64,000 nucleotides of DNA from Macrostomum lignano (taxonomy: Eukaryota). Both the position numbers and the translations under genes were made by a program. The notes beneath the pieces were generated by a model, which ran no database searches, had not been told where the DNA came from, and saw only the letters and a list, made by a program, of their open reading frames with translations. How positions within the stretch are numbered: the stretch's first letter is position 1; each line of letters starts with the position of its first letter. Shown here piece by piece: positions 11,501 to 23,925 of this stretch. The DNA is taken from NCBI GenBank assembly GCA_002269645.1, contig NIVC01000349.1, positions 434,001 through 498,000 on the forward strand, read 5' to 3'.

Positions 11501-14500
11501 GGGATTTCATAAATTATGGGGATTTTTCAAAGTCTGGGATTTCATAAATTATGGGCATTTTTCATAGTCTGGGATTTCATAAATTATGGGGATTTTTCAA
11601 AGTCTGGGATTTCATAAATTATGGGCATTTTTCATAGTCTGGGATTTCATAAATTATGGGGATTTTTCATAGTCTGGGATTTCATAAATTATGGGGATTT
11701 TTCATAGTCTGGGATTTCATAAATTATGGGGATTTTTCATAGTCTGGGATTTCATAAATTATGGGGATTTTTCATAGTCTGGGATTTCATAAATTATGGG
11801 GATTTTTCATAGTCTGGGAGTTCATAAATTATGGGGATTTTTTATAGTCTGGGATTTCATAAATTATAAGGATTTTTCATAGTCTGGGATTTCATAAATT
11901 ATGGGGATTTTTCATAGTCTGGGAGTTCATAAATTATAAGGATTTTTCATAGTCTGGGATTTCATAAATTATGGGGATTTTTCATAGTCTGGGATTTCAT
12001 AATTATGGGGATTTTTCATAGTCTGGGATTTCATAAATTATGGGGATTTTTCATAGTCTGGGATTTCATAAATTATGGGGATTTTTCATAGTCTGGGATT
12101 TCATAAATTATGGTGATTTTTCATAGTCTGGGATTTCATAAATTATGGGGATTTTTCATAGTCTGGGATTTCATAAATTATAAGGATTTTTCATAGTCTG
12201 GGATTTCATAAATTATGGGGATTTTTCATAGTCTGGGATTTCATAAATTATGGGGATTTTTCATAGTCTGGGATTTCATAAATTATGGGGATTTTTCATA
12301 GTCTGGGATTTCATAAATTATGGGGATTTTTCATAGTCTGGGAGTTCATAAATTATAAGGATTTTTTCATAGCCTGACACTATTAATAAAACGTTTCGCT
12401 CAAATCCCACTCGACAGCTTCGCGCCCTCAAGCGCGCAGACGTGGAGCGCGACCTCACCTTCTGCGGCTTCCTCGCTGTCTCCTGTCCTCTCCGATCAAC
12501 TTCGAAGTCTGTAGTACGCGAGCTGCTCTCCTCATCGCATCACGTGTGCATGATCACCGGTGATAATCCTTACACAGCTTGTCACGTTGCTAAGCAACTG
12601 AAGATCGCCAGGCAACCTCTGCTATCTCTGAGTCAGACTGGACAAGACTGGAGCTGGACTGGCATTGACAATGACTCAGACTGTTTAGAATTGGATTTAA
12701 AACTGGCCGCTAACAAGCCTAAACGAATAGTTGCCGAGCTGCTGAAGCAGCACAGTATCTGTCTGACTGGCGAGGCTCTGGATTATCTCAGACTGTCAAC
12801 TCCGAAACTCCTGCCTCTCCTACTGCCTGCTGTCAGCGTGTTTGCTAGGATGAAGCCGAAACAGAAAGAGCTCATTGTTACTGTGCTCAAGGATCGCGGC
12901 TATGCTACTCTCATGTGCGGAGATGGCACTAACGATGTTGGTGCACTGAAGCATGCTCACGTTGGTGTTGCTATCTTTGCTAATGCCCCGGAAACTCTGC
13001 CATCTTCTTCTGCTGCTAAAACTGAACCTGCGCCTGCTGCAGCACCTGCTAGGCGGCAACCTGTGAGCTGTTAATTTTGAGAATGAGAATTTTTTCTTAG
13101 TTTTAGTAAATATGACTGAAAGTATGGTAATAAATGACCTAAATAAGAATCGCCAAAATTCAGTGCAAATGAAGAAAAGCCAATATCAATTCCCCATGAA
13201 CAATAGCCAATATTAATTCCCCATGAACAATCGCCAATATTAATTCCCCATTAAAAGCCAATATTAATTCCCCATGAACAATCACCAAAATTAATTCCCC
13301 ATGAACAATCGCCAATATTAATTCCCCATGAACAATCGCCAATATTAATTCCCCATGAACAATCGCCAATATTAATTCCCCATAAACAATCGCCAATATT
13401 AATTCCCCATAAACAATCGCCCTCAAGGAGCCGCAGCCGGCGCCGCGCGATCGCGCCGAGGCGCAGCGCCAGCGCTTGGAGAAGGCGCAGCGTGATCTGA
13501 ACGAGATGCTGAAGGAGGCCGACGCTCCCCTGGTCCGCCCTGGCGACGCCACCATCGCCGCCCCCTTCAGCTACAAGCTGGCCTCGGTCACGTGCGTTTG
13601 CAACATTGTGAAGCAGGGCCGCTGCACCCTGGTCACCACTCTGCAGATGTTTAAAATCCTGGCCATCAATGCCCTCATCTACGCCTACTCGCAGTCTGTG
13701 CTCTATTTGGACGGCGTGAAGTTTTCTGACGGCCAGGCCACTCTGCAGGGACTCGTGCTGGCCGCTTGCTTCCTGTTTATTTCGCGGTCTAAGGTAATGC
13801 AGTCGGGGCTTGTGTTTGAGGAACCGGAAGTGAGAAATAATGGCTTGTGTTTGACGAACCGGAAGTGAGAAATAATGGCTTGTGTTTGAGGAACCGGAAG
13901 TGAGAAATAATGGCTTGTGTTTGAGGAACCGGAAGTGAGAAATAATGGCTTGTGTTTGAGGAACCGGAAGTGAGAAATAATGGCTTGTGTTTGAGGAACC
14001 GGAAGTGAGAAATAATGGCTTGTGTTTGAGGAACCGGAAGTGAGAAATAATGGCTTGTGTTTGAGGAACCGGTAGTGTGATATAATGGCTTCTGTTTGGG
14101 GAACCGGAAGTGTGATATAATGGCTTTTGTTTGGCGAATTGGAAGTGTAATATACATGTATTGGCTTCTGTTTGGCGAACCGGAAGTGTAATATATTGGC
14201 TTCTTTTGGCGAACCGGAAGTGTGATATATTGGCTTCTGTTTGGGGACCCGGAAGTGTGATATATTGGCTTTTGTTTGGGGACCCGGAAGTGTGATATAT
14301 TGGCTTCTGTTTGGCGAACCGAAAGTGAAATATAATGGGTTCTTGTTGAAGAACCGGAAGTAAAATATAATGGGTTCTGTTTGAGTAACCGGATGTGATA
14401 CAATTGGTTCTGTTTGAGGAACCGGAAGTGTGATATAATGGGTTCTGTTTGAGGAGCCGGAAGTGTGATACAATTGGTTCTGTTTGAGGAACCGGAAGTG

Positions 14501-16220
14501 TGCTATATTGGCTTCTGTTTGGGAAACTGGGAGTGATATAATAGCTTCTGTTTGAGAAACCGGAAGTGTGATATAATCTGGTTTTGTTCGAGGAACCGAA
14601 AGTGAAATATAATGAGTTCTGTTTGAGGAGCGGAAGTGGGATACAATGGGTTTTTTGATCAGCTGGAAGTGACTAGAATTTATTAACCGTAAATTAAATT
14701 GAAGCGGCTCTGAGCCCTATCATTTCTCATATATTACCCACTTTTTCTTACATTTTAGCCGCTAACAACTCTGTCGGCTCGTCGGCCTCTGCCGAACATA
14801 TTCAACGCGTACACTCTGCTGACTGTGTTCCTGCAATTCGTCATTCACTTTGCTTCGTTGATTTTCCTAACCCGAGAGGCAAAAGCGCTGATGCCACAGC
14901 TGTAAGTAGCCAATTTAGCGCATGCGGTTCGTATTTTGTAATTTTTTGTTTTGAATTCCCACAAAAAATACTTGCCATGTCCCAACTTTTCTACTGTAAG
15001 TAAGCTACTATTATTATGTACTCTATTTTTTGTTTTTTTCTTTAACTTATCAGCAAAGAAGGCGAATTCGTGGATCTGGAAGCAGAATTCAAGCCGAACA
15101 TCCTTAACAGCGTTGTTTATTTGATCTCCATCTCTATGCAAATCAACGCATTCGCTGTTAATTACAAAGGACACCCGTTTATGGAATCGCTAATGGAGAA
15201 TAAGCCGCTGTTGTACAGCATTACCACCGCTACTGGCCTGGTGTTCTCTCTGGCTAGCGGCTACATGCCTGAGCTCTGCGAGCAGTTCAGCCTGGTCGAA
15301 ATTGATAATAATGTAAGTGAGCTGTGTTAGATTCCATCGGATTATTCAACTTTCTGTCAGATCTCAGTCAGATCCCAACCAGATCCCAATCAGATCCCAA
15401 TCAGATCTCAATCAGATCCCAACCAGATCCCACCTAAATCCCAATCAGATGTCACCTTAATCCCAATCAGATCCCAATCAAATCCCAGTCAGATCCCACC
15501 CAGATCCCACCTAAATCCCGGTCAGATCCCAATCAGATCCCACCCAGATCCCACCTAAATCCCAATCAGAGATCCCAAACAGATCCCACCCAGATCCCAA
15601 TCCGATCCCAATCAGAGATCCCAACCAGATCCCAACCAGATCCCAATCAGATCTCAACCAGATCCCAATCAGATCCCAGTCAGATCCCACCCAGATCCCA
15701 ATCAGATCCCACCTAAATCCCAATCAGATCCCACCCAGATCCCACCTAAATCCTAATCAGATATCCCACCCAGATCCCAATCCGATCCCAATCAAAGATC
15801 TCAACCAGATCCCAATCATATCCCAATCCGGTCCCAATCCGATCCCACCCAGATCCCAATCCGATCCCACCCAGATCCCAATCTGATCCCACCAAGATCC
15901 CAATCATATCACACCTAGATCCCAATCCGATCCCACCCAGATCCCAACCAGATCCCAATCAGATCCCACCCAGATCCCACCCAGAACCCAAACTAAATTT
16001 CACCCACATCCCAACCAAGTCCCATCAGATCCAACCCAGCTCCCAGATCCCAATCGAGTCGCACTTTACAACTCCCCATGCCGCATCAACTCCAACACGG
16101 CTCCCGCAGCTTCGCAACACAATCGTGCAAGTCCTGGCGGCAGACTTTGTCGGCTGTTTCGTAGTTGACCGACTCTGCGATCTGATATTTGGCCGGGGCC
16201 GGGCCAAACGGCTGGTTTAA
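5514..16220 (+). CDS. ATP13A1: P5A-type ATPase (ER transmembrane-helix dislocase, Spf1/ATP13A1 orthologue), 12 exons, complete
   Basis: Exons 5514-5792, 6830-6910, 7005-7265, 7948-8391, 8881-9081, 9836-10153, 10848-11252, 12418-13062, 13428-13793, 14759-14901, 15054-15312 and 16110-16220 are all GT-AG and in frame. Motifs: [28 protein letters not shown]5A-specific [40 protein letters not shown]. Confidence 0.96.
7320..7870. repeat. Pyrimidine-rich approximately 25-bp minisatellite, ATP13A1 intron 3
   Basis: Unit like CTCTCCCTTCAATCTCCCCTTAGAT. Confidence 0.9.
8440..8810. repeat. Degenerate TTAGGG-rich repeat, ATP13A1 intron 4
   Basis: Repeated TTTAGGG(T/G)AG-like units; at least 8 TTAGGG hexamers and a long G run near 8600. 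Confidence 0.75.
9140..9800. repeat. 25-bp minisatellite, ATP13A1 intron 5
   Basis: Unit CCCCTGAACCCAACCTGAACAATCG. Confidence 0.95.
10170..10815. repeat. 16-bp-based minisatellite, ATP13A1 intron 6
   Basis: Unit AATGTACACATGTCCC and variants. Confidence 0.92.
11290..12375. repeat. 35-bp minisatellite (about 30 copies), ATP13A1 intron 7
   Basis: Unit GGGATTTCATAAATTATGGGGATTTTTCATAGTCT. Confidence 0.97.
13170..13420. repeat. 27-bp minisatellite, ATP13A1 intron 8
   Basis: Unit AATATTAATTCCCCATGAACAATCGCC; runs up to the 3' splice site. Confidence 0.95.
13800..14670. repeat. 35-bp minisatellite with ACCGGAAGTG core, ATP13A1 intron 9
   Basis: Unit GAGGAACCGGAAGTGAGAAATAATGGCTTGTGTTT, homogeneous 5' and diverging 3'. 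Confidence 0.95.
15355..16060. repeat. 11-bp minisatellite, ATP13A1 intron 11
   Basis: Units CAGATCCCAAT / CAGATCCCACC. Confidence 0.93.
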
Positions 16221-16934
16221 AATCCCGAACTGCGCTTGACAGTTCATTGATTGATTGATTAGTAAAAAAACTTTCAATATCGAAATTAAAATGAAAATGT
16301 GACAAATTTGAATTTACTTACAAAATACGAAAATTTCCATCATAATTATAGTACTGAAAGTAGCGAGTAACACATTTATTTCTTTGTTTAGTTTACATTT
16401 AGCATGTGTTTTGTTCCTTTATTTGATAAATTGTTGGTTCACTTAATAAAATGTTTTTCTAGTTGCTTCAAACGGTTTCTATTGGCAAAAGTACACGTAA
16501 ATTTAATTAAAAAATTAAATTGAAAGTCTACTTATTCGGAAATACTTGTTGAGATTGAAGCAAAAAGTTATTATGTCTATTGCTTGTGCCACACATCTTC
16601 AACTGATATTGATATGCCTCTCTGCTTTTGCATTAGTGCAGTGTTTCAATTCTATATCTATATTGTCAAATTTAATTAGAAAAATGCAATCAAATTTAAT
16701 TTAAAAAACTTCGCTATTTATGTCTGACTTTTTTGCTTGATGTTTTTGGTGAATGGTTCAACACTTTGCCCTGACCCTGAGTATTCTAATGAATAAATTA
16801 ATAAACTGAGCACTGACTTGAGTTCTGTTGGCAATCTGGCTTAGTGAATGTCCCCCACTTTGTTTCCCTTGTTGTTTTGTTGTGACTTCCATGCATTCTG
16901 AATTTATGTTTGTTCTTTATTCTTAGCTTGTTAA

Positions 16935-17255
16935 ATCCAGGGGCCACAGACCCAAAGGCAATTAAATGCAGGGGTCACAGACCCTAAGGCAATTAAATCC
17001 AGGGGTCACAGACCCTAAGGCAATTAAATCCAGGGGCCACAGATCCAAAGGCAATTAAATCCAGGGGCCACAGATCCAAAGGCAATTAAATCCAGGGGCC
17101 ACAGATCCAAAGGCAATTAAATCCAGGGGCCACAGATCCAAAGGCAATTAAATCCAGGGGCCACAGATCCAAATGCAATTAAATCCAGGGGCCGCACAGC
17201 CCATAGGCAATCAAATCCAGGGGCCGCACAGACCCATAGGCAATCAAATCCAGAG
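16935..17255. repeat. 31-bp minisatellite upstream of the hydrolase gene
   Basis: Unit AATTAAATCCAGGGGCCACAGATCCAAAGGC. Confidence 0.93.
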
Positions 17256-17330
17256 ACTAAGCTGAAGTTTCTGCATTAATTTTTATGCTTTCGATTTTTG
17301 CATGCGATTGAGCCCGATATTCTGTTGGCC

Positions 17331-20300
17331 ATGGCAACTGCGAGGGACAGCGATGAGTTCAAACCAAGAGTCACTGTAGAAGGCCACCCACTGTACACCC
17401 ATCGGTGGTCTGTAACTACCGGTTGTGAGCCCAGGTAAGGTACATCTAAATCTGTTCTTATATGAAACTGTCTCCATGCATTCTTGATTATCATTTAATC
17501 TTTGAAACGAATGACAGAATTCAGCATCCTCAGTTGCTGGGCCAGCCTCCCAGATCCTCAGTTGCTGGGCCAGCCTCCCAGATCCTCAGTTGCTGGGCCA
17601 GCCTCCCAGATGCTCAGTTGCTGGGCCAGCCTCCCAGATGCTCAGTTGCTGGGCCAGCCTCCCAGATGCTCAGTTGCTGGGCCAGCCTCCCAGATGCTCA
17701 GTTGCTGGGCCAGCCTCCCAGATCCTCAGTTGCTGGGCCAGCCTCCCAGATCCTCAGTTGCTGGGCCACCAGCCTCCCAGATCCTCAGTTGCTGGGCCAG
17801 CCTCCCAGATCCTCAGTTGCTGGGCCACCAGCCTCCCAGATCCTCATCATTATTAGCGATTTATTTTTCACTGTTGTCTTTGCTTAAACAAACGCATACT
17901 TGGTGTTTTTAATTTTACTTTTGATGATAAGGTATATAGTATAAATTTTATTGGTACCTGATGATTACTAGCCAATGCTACTACTACTGACTATTATCAG
18001 TAGTGCAGCTAGCACATTTATTTATAATAGCTAGCCATCGCTGCATTGATTGCTCCGCAGGGCCCTACTATTCATAGCGCACGGTTTAAGCGAGCATTGC
18101 TCAGCTTATAACCGTCTGGCTGCCAGTCTCAATGAAGCTGGCATTGAGGTCTTCTCGCACGATCACTGTAATCATAATCATATTGGTTGAGTTTTTTTCG
18201 TCTTATCAGTCACTCAATAGTCTACAGTGTCTAATTGCATGTTTTTTTTAACTGAGTGCCTACAGCAGGCAGGGGTCGGCAAGCTTGAGATGAGAGGAGC
18301 GGGAGAGGAGAGGAGAGGAGAGGGAGAGGAGGGGAGAGAGGAGAGGGAGAGGAGGGGAGAGAGGGAGAGAGGAGGAGGGGAGAGGGAGAGGAGGGGAGAG
18401 AGGAGAGGAGGGGAGAGGGAGAGGAGAGGAGAGAGGAGGAGGGGAGAGGGAGAGGAGGGGAGAGAGGGAGAGGGAGGAGAGAGGAGGAGGGGAGAGGGAG
18501 AGGAGGGGAGAGAGGAGAGGAGGGGAGAGGGAGAGGAGGGGAGAGAGGGAGAGGGAGAGGAGAGGAGGGGAGGGGAGAGAAGAGAGGGAGAGGAGGGGAG
18601 AGAGGAGAGGGAGAGGAGAGGGAGAGGAGGGGAGAGAAGAGAGGGAGAGGGGGAGACAGGAGAGGGAGAGGAGGGGAGAGATAAGAGGGAGAGAGAGGAG
18701 AGAGAAGAGCAGGGCGAGATGAGACGACACGGAGAGGAGTAAAAATAAGAGAGCTGAGAAGAGACACCAGCATAATGGGCCGGATTGCTTTTGGGAAGTT
18801 TCACGGACCCGACCCGAGGGTCGGATAGAGAGGCTTCGCGTTCCGGAGTTTTCCAACTCCTTGCCTAAAGCTTTAACTTTATGTTTAACCGGCCGACTTG
18901 CTTAAATTTACGCTCGTAAATCAATTACTGCTTTATTTTTGCGTTTAACTGCGCTTTCAAGTATTCTAGTTCACCTGTGCATGACTGTTTGTATTGGAAG
19001 CCACTAGTTGATACATTGACCTGTTTGTTTAATTTTGCTTTAACTGTCAATAGTTTTCACAATTCCTCTAGTCATAACCTTCATTGTACTCAAACTGATC
19101 AGCCCTCTCTTATCTATCCCCACAATGTACTCAAACTGATCAGCCCTCCCTTATCTATCCCCACAATGTACTCAAACTGAACAGCCCTCCCTTATCTATC
19201 CCCACAATGTACTCAAACTGAACAGCCTCCCTTATCTATCCCCACAATGTACTCAAACTGAACGGTCTCTATCACCAATCCGCCTCCCCGCGCCATCAGA
19301 CGGTCACGGCCGCAGTCCCGGAGTTCGAGCCTACGTGACCCACATGGACCAGATGGTGATGCCGGTACTCAGTCACGTGACGCAGATTCTCACTGCCTTC
19401 CCAGGCAAGCCGCTGTTCATTCTGGGCCACTCAATGGGCGGCCTGGTTGCTGTGCTCTGCGCTAGAGATCTGCCGCACCTGTTCAAGGGGGTGATCCTGG
19501 TTGCCCCGGCGCTGGGGCTGCACGCGCCTGCTTGGAAAATCTGGCTGGGCACCATTGCTAGCTATATCTGTCCTCAGGTGAGTCGCACAGTTTTTGGCTG
19601 TCATTTTTCGAGTAAATTTCTGCTCTGGAAATTGATACAGCTAGGGGGGGGATAAAAAGTTGATCCTTTCACTATGTCCCTCTCGTCACTCTACCCCTCC
19701 CTCCCACTCTACCACCCTCTCTCTACCCCTCTCCCTCTCACTCTACCCATCTCCCTCTCACTCTACCCATCTCCCTCTCACTCTACCCATCTCCCTCTCA
19801 CTCTACCCATCTCCCTCTCACCCTACCCATCTCCCTCTCACCCTACCCATCTCCCTCTCACTTTACCCATCTCCCTCTCACTCTACCCATCTCCCTATCA
19901 CCCTACCCATCTCCCTCTCACCCTACCCATCTCCCTCTCACTTTACCCATCTCCCTCTCACTCTACCCATCTCCCTCTCACTCTACCCATCTCCCTCTCA
20001 CTCTACCCATCTCCCTCTCACTCTACCCATCTCCCTCTCACTCTACCCATCTCCCTCTCACCCTACCCATCTCCCTCTCACCCTACCCATCTCCCTCTCA
20101 CTTTACCCATCTCCCTCTCACTCTACCCATCTCCCTATCACCCTACCCATCTCCCTCTCACCCTACCCATCTCCCTCTCACTTTACCCATCTCCCTCTCA
20201 CTCTACCCATCTCCCTCTCACCCTACCCATCTCCTACTCACTCTACCTCTCTCCCTTTCACTCTACCCACCCCCTCTCTGCAGTCATTAATTTGGGGCTG

Positions 20301-21113
20301 AATTGGAATCTCGTCTTGGGTCCACTTTCTGCCAACCCCCAAGGCACAGTGAAGTGTACATGTCTAGACCTAACGATAAATAAAGTCAGGGCCGCTGTGC
20401 ACTCCTGTGTGAGTGTGTGCCTGTGCGTATGACTGCTCAGGCGAGTCGGCGGAATGGGCAATAATGCCTCTCGCCGACTGTGTAACAATGGCTTTTTATT
20501 GGCACGTAATTGGCTTATGTATTAATAAGAGACTGGGCTGATTTCATAAAGATTATGAAATTATAAAGATAAGAACTGAAAACAGTTTTGACCCGCAAAG
20601 CCTCCGCATTCTATCAGCTGAAACCAGTTACTCCGTTTTTATTTAATTGCATTTTTATTACCTGAGTTTACTTTAATTGTAAAATTAATTTATTTATTGA
20701 TTTCTTATCTTCTCTCATCTCTCCGATTCTAATCTCGCAATTAATAGTTAATCAAAATCAAGCATGTTTTGTTATCAGTATTATATAGCCTTGCCCATTT
20801 CTTAGTCTCAATTATCTTAATTAGTCTGCTCTCAAAAAAGTCATTCCTGCGCCCCCTAAGTTAATCGACAATATCGCTTAAAGTCCGCCAGTGCAGCACC
20901 CCCCCCCCGAATCAGGTAAGTCGGAAGACGGAAGAATTGTTTAATTTAATGAGCGTCGTTGAAATTTAGAAGTTATAACCGGATTTTTCTACTGCGGTTA
21001 GTAGCGCGCAAAGCTTTTTTGATTAGTACTGATTCAAATAGGCAGTTCCAGATTGAACTGTTTTCGATGCGTATCGGCTTTATTTCGGTTCTCGAAAAAG
21101 AAGACAGACAGAC

Positions 21114-21188
<75 letters not shown>

Positions 21189-21316
21189 AGGACAGATAGG
21201 CAGACTGACAGACAGACAGGCAGACAGACAGACGACATACAGACAGACGGACAGACAGAAGGACAGATAGGCAGACAGACAGACAGACAGACAGACACAC
21301 ATACAGACAGACAGGC

Positions 21317-21355
<39 letters not shown>

Positions 21356-21507
21356 AGGACAGATAGGCAGACAGACAGACAGACAGAAGGACAGATAGGC
21401 AGACAGACAGACAGACAGACAGAAGGACAGATAGGCAGACTGACAGACAGACAGGCAGACAGACAGACGACATACAGACAGACGGACAGACAGAAGGACA
21501 GATAGGC

Positions 21508-21548
<41 letters not shown>

Positions 21549-21567
21549 CACATACAGACAGACAGGC

Positions 21568-21602
<35 letters not shown>

Positions 21603-22105
21603 AGGACAGATAGGCAGACAGACAGACAGACAGAAGGACAGATAGGCAGACAGACAGACAGACAGATACACAGACAGATGCCTCTAACTTAATTAAAAAC
21701 CAGCGTACCTGGCCCATCCACACCACCCGCCCCTGCCAGATGCTGGTCCCGGGCACTGGCTGCCAGCCGCAGAACAGCACCTCGGATCTGGCCATCCAAG
21801 AGGAGATCATGACCGACCCGCTGCAGTTTAACTTGGGCGCCAGGCTGGGCTCCGTGCTGACTCTGCTGAACTGCATCAACTCGCTGGCTGATTACTCCGC
21901 TGACTTTCCTATTCTGGCCATGCACTCTGAGCACGACACCATCACAGCCTGCGAGCCTACGAAACAATTCGTACAACGGGCCGTCTCTGCCGATAAAGAG
22001 TTGCAGGTGTTTCAAAATGTGCGCCATCAGTTGCACAACGAGTTCGAACCGTTTCGATTGCAGATTCACAAGAGAATTATCGATTGGCTGCTCAAACGGG
22101 CCTGA
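17331..22105 (+). CDS. Monoglyceride lipase / lysophospholipase-like alpha/beta hydrolase, 4 exons, 284 aa
   Basis: Exons 17331-17434, 18061-18167, 19300-19577 and 21740-22105 join in frame (855 nt). Motifs: LLFIAHGLSEH, FSHDHYGHGRS, nucleophile elbow GHSMGG, catalytic Asp in HSEHD, catalytic His in HQLHNE. MGLL-like; orthology not established. Confidence 0.9.
17520..17850. repeat. 28-bp minisatellite, hydrolase intron 1
   Basis: Unit CAGTTGCTGGGCCAGCCTCCCAGATCCT. Confidence 0.95.
18270..18863. mobile_element. hAT-type MITE with GA-rich core in intron 2 of the hydrolase gene
   Basis: Begins CAGGGGTCGGCAAG (Charlie/hAT-like end). Its right arm 18777-18863 is the reverse complement of the arm at 54453-54537. 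The interior 18295-18740 is a purine tract. Confidence 0.6.
19085..19265. repeat. Approximately 41-bp minisatellite, hydrolase intron 2
   Basis: Unit TGTACTCAAACTGATCAGCCCTCCCTTATCTATCCCCACAA, about 4 copies. Confidence 0.9.
19680..20280. repeat. 20-bp pyrimidine-rich minisatellite, hydrolase intron 3
   Basis: Unit CTCTCACTCTACCCATCTCC. Confidence 0.95.
20331..20488 (+). other. Dispersed structured repeat, copy 1 (candidate ncRNA/SINE-like), in last intron of the hydrolase gene
   Basis: Clearly homologous to 31948-32123; several helices are conserved between the copies. Confidence 0.6.
21105..21680. repeat. (GACA)n microsatellite, hydrolase intron 3
   Basis: Long GACA tract with recurrent GAAG/TAGG variants. 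Confidence 0.97.
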
Positions 22106-22189
22106 GTGCTGTCTCAGCTTATGATTAGATTTGATTTGATGAAGACCTGAAATATTCCATTTTAACTAGCTTATCAGTGATTTATACAA

Positions 22190-22820
22190 TTTATAATTTG
22201 GCGCTAATCCTGACACCCATTATGGCGCCAATCCTGACACTCACTATGGCGCCTATACGAACCAACTTTAGCTCCAATCCTGACATTATGGCGCCAGTCC
22301 TGAAATTCATTGTGGTACCAATACTGACGCTTATTATGGCGCCTATCCTGACATCTATAATGGCGCCAATCCTGATGCATACTATGGCGCCAATTCTGAC
22401 ACCCATTATGGCGCCAATCATCACATTTATAATCGCGATTATCCTGACATATATAATGGCACCAATTCTGACACACATTAGGGCGCCAATCCTGACATCA
22501 ATAATGGCGCCAATTCCTGACATCTATAATGGCGCCAATCCTGACATCTATAAAGGTGCCAATCCTGACTTCCATAATGGCGCCAATCCTGACATCCATA
22601 ATGGCGCCAATCCTGACATTCATAATGGCGCCAATCCTGACATCCATAATGGCGCCAATCCTGACATCCATAATGGCGCCAATCCTGACATCCATAATGG
22701 CGCCAATCCTGACGCATATTATGGCGCCAATTCTGACATTATGGCGCCAATCCTGACACATGTTAGGGTGCTAATCCTCACATTAATTTGGCGCTAATCC
22801 TGACAAATATTCAGCGCTAA
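22190..22820. repeat. 24-bp minisatellite downstream of the hydrolase gene
   Basis: Unit ATGGCGCCAATCCTGACATCCATA. Confidence 0.93.
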
Positions 22821-23559
22821 TCCTGAGACTTATTTTCCATTGCAAACAATCGATTCTTAACATCCGCCACTTCATTTTTTAAAATGCAGCTCAACTACGT
22901 AACCACAGTGAGTCAGACATCGTGAAGTGAAGAGTGTTTTGATCATTCTAAGCACTGGCTGTCTGACTCAAATTTAATTAATTCCAATATGATTTTGTCC
23001 ACGTTTTTACGTTTTGTTTTCAGAAAATGCACAGAATTTTTAATAATATTTTGCATGTATTCCTGCTGCAAGTTCCATAATAAAAATTAATTTATTATTG
23101 TGTTAACATAGTATAGAATAATGCGATTCTTGTTTTTAATGTACTTTTAAAATTTTGACGTTTTATGTAAACAAAATTTATATTTCATTATATAATTACT
23201 TAATTTCCCTCTTTTCTACAAATTTAAATTGGTGCTAAAATTCTGAGTTTGTTATAACGATCGTTAGTTCGTTTTTTGCGTTCTTTGTGTTGCTTCATTA
23301 CAATGTGTTGAAGATTATCTTATAATCCGAGAGCTGTGCTTGTTAGTAATTTTCTATCTTATCAGTGTACGCTTGTGTTCAGATTGCTTATCCATTATAT
23401 TAAATTTTATATAGGCTTTAAATTTTATTTATGTACTTTTATACTTATTGTGTAATCTCTGTTTATTTACAGCTACTCGTATAGCGTGTTTTCATTATAG
23501 CGGTCAAAATATTTTGTGATCTATTCTGCAGACAGTGAGTTGTGTGAATGCCAATGAGT

Positions 23560-23925
23560 GACTGGATTGAATGAATGAATGAGTGACTGATTCAATGAGT
23601 GAATGAGTGACTGATTCAATGAGTGAATGAGTGACTGATTCAATGAGTGAATGAGTGACTGATTCAATGAGTTAATGAGCAAATGAGTGACTGATTCAGT
23701 GAGTAAATGAGTGACTGATTCAATGAGTTAATGAGCAAATGAGTGACTGATTCAATGAGTTAATGAGCAAATGAGTGACTGATTCAATGAGTTAATGAGC
23801 AAATGAGTGACTGATTCAGTGAGCAAATGAGTGACTGATTCAATGAGTGAATGAGTGCCTGATTGAATGAGTTAATGAGCAAATGAGTGACTGATTCAGT
23901 GAGTTAATGAGCAAATGAGTGACTG
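23560..23925. repeat. TGAG/TGAC-rich 24-32 bp minisatellite
   Basis: Unit like TGAGTGACTGATTCAATGAGTGAA. Confidence 0.9.

Noticed and set aside
17325-17339. X-box-like GTTGGCCATGGCAAC over the hydrolase start codon
   Set aside because: It has an imperfect left half and is explained by the ATG GCA ACT coding sequence.
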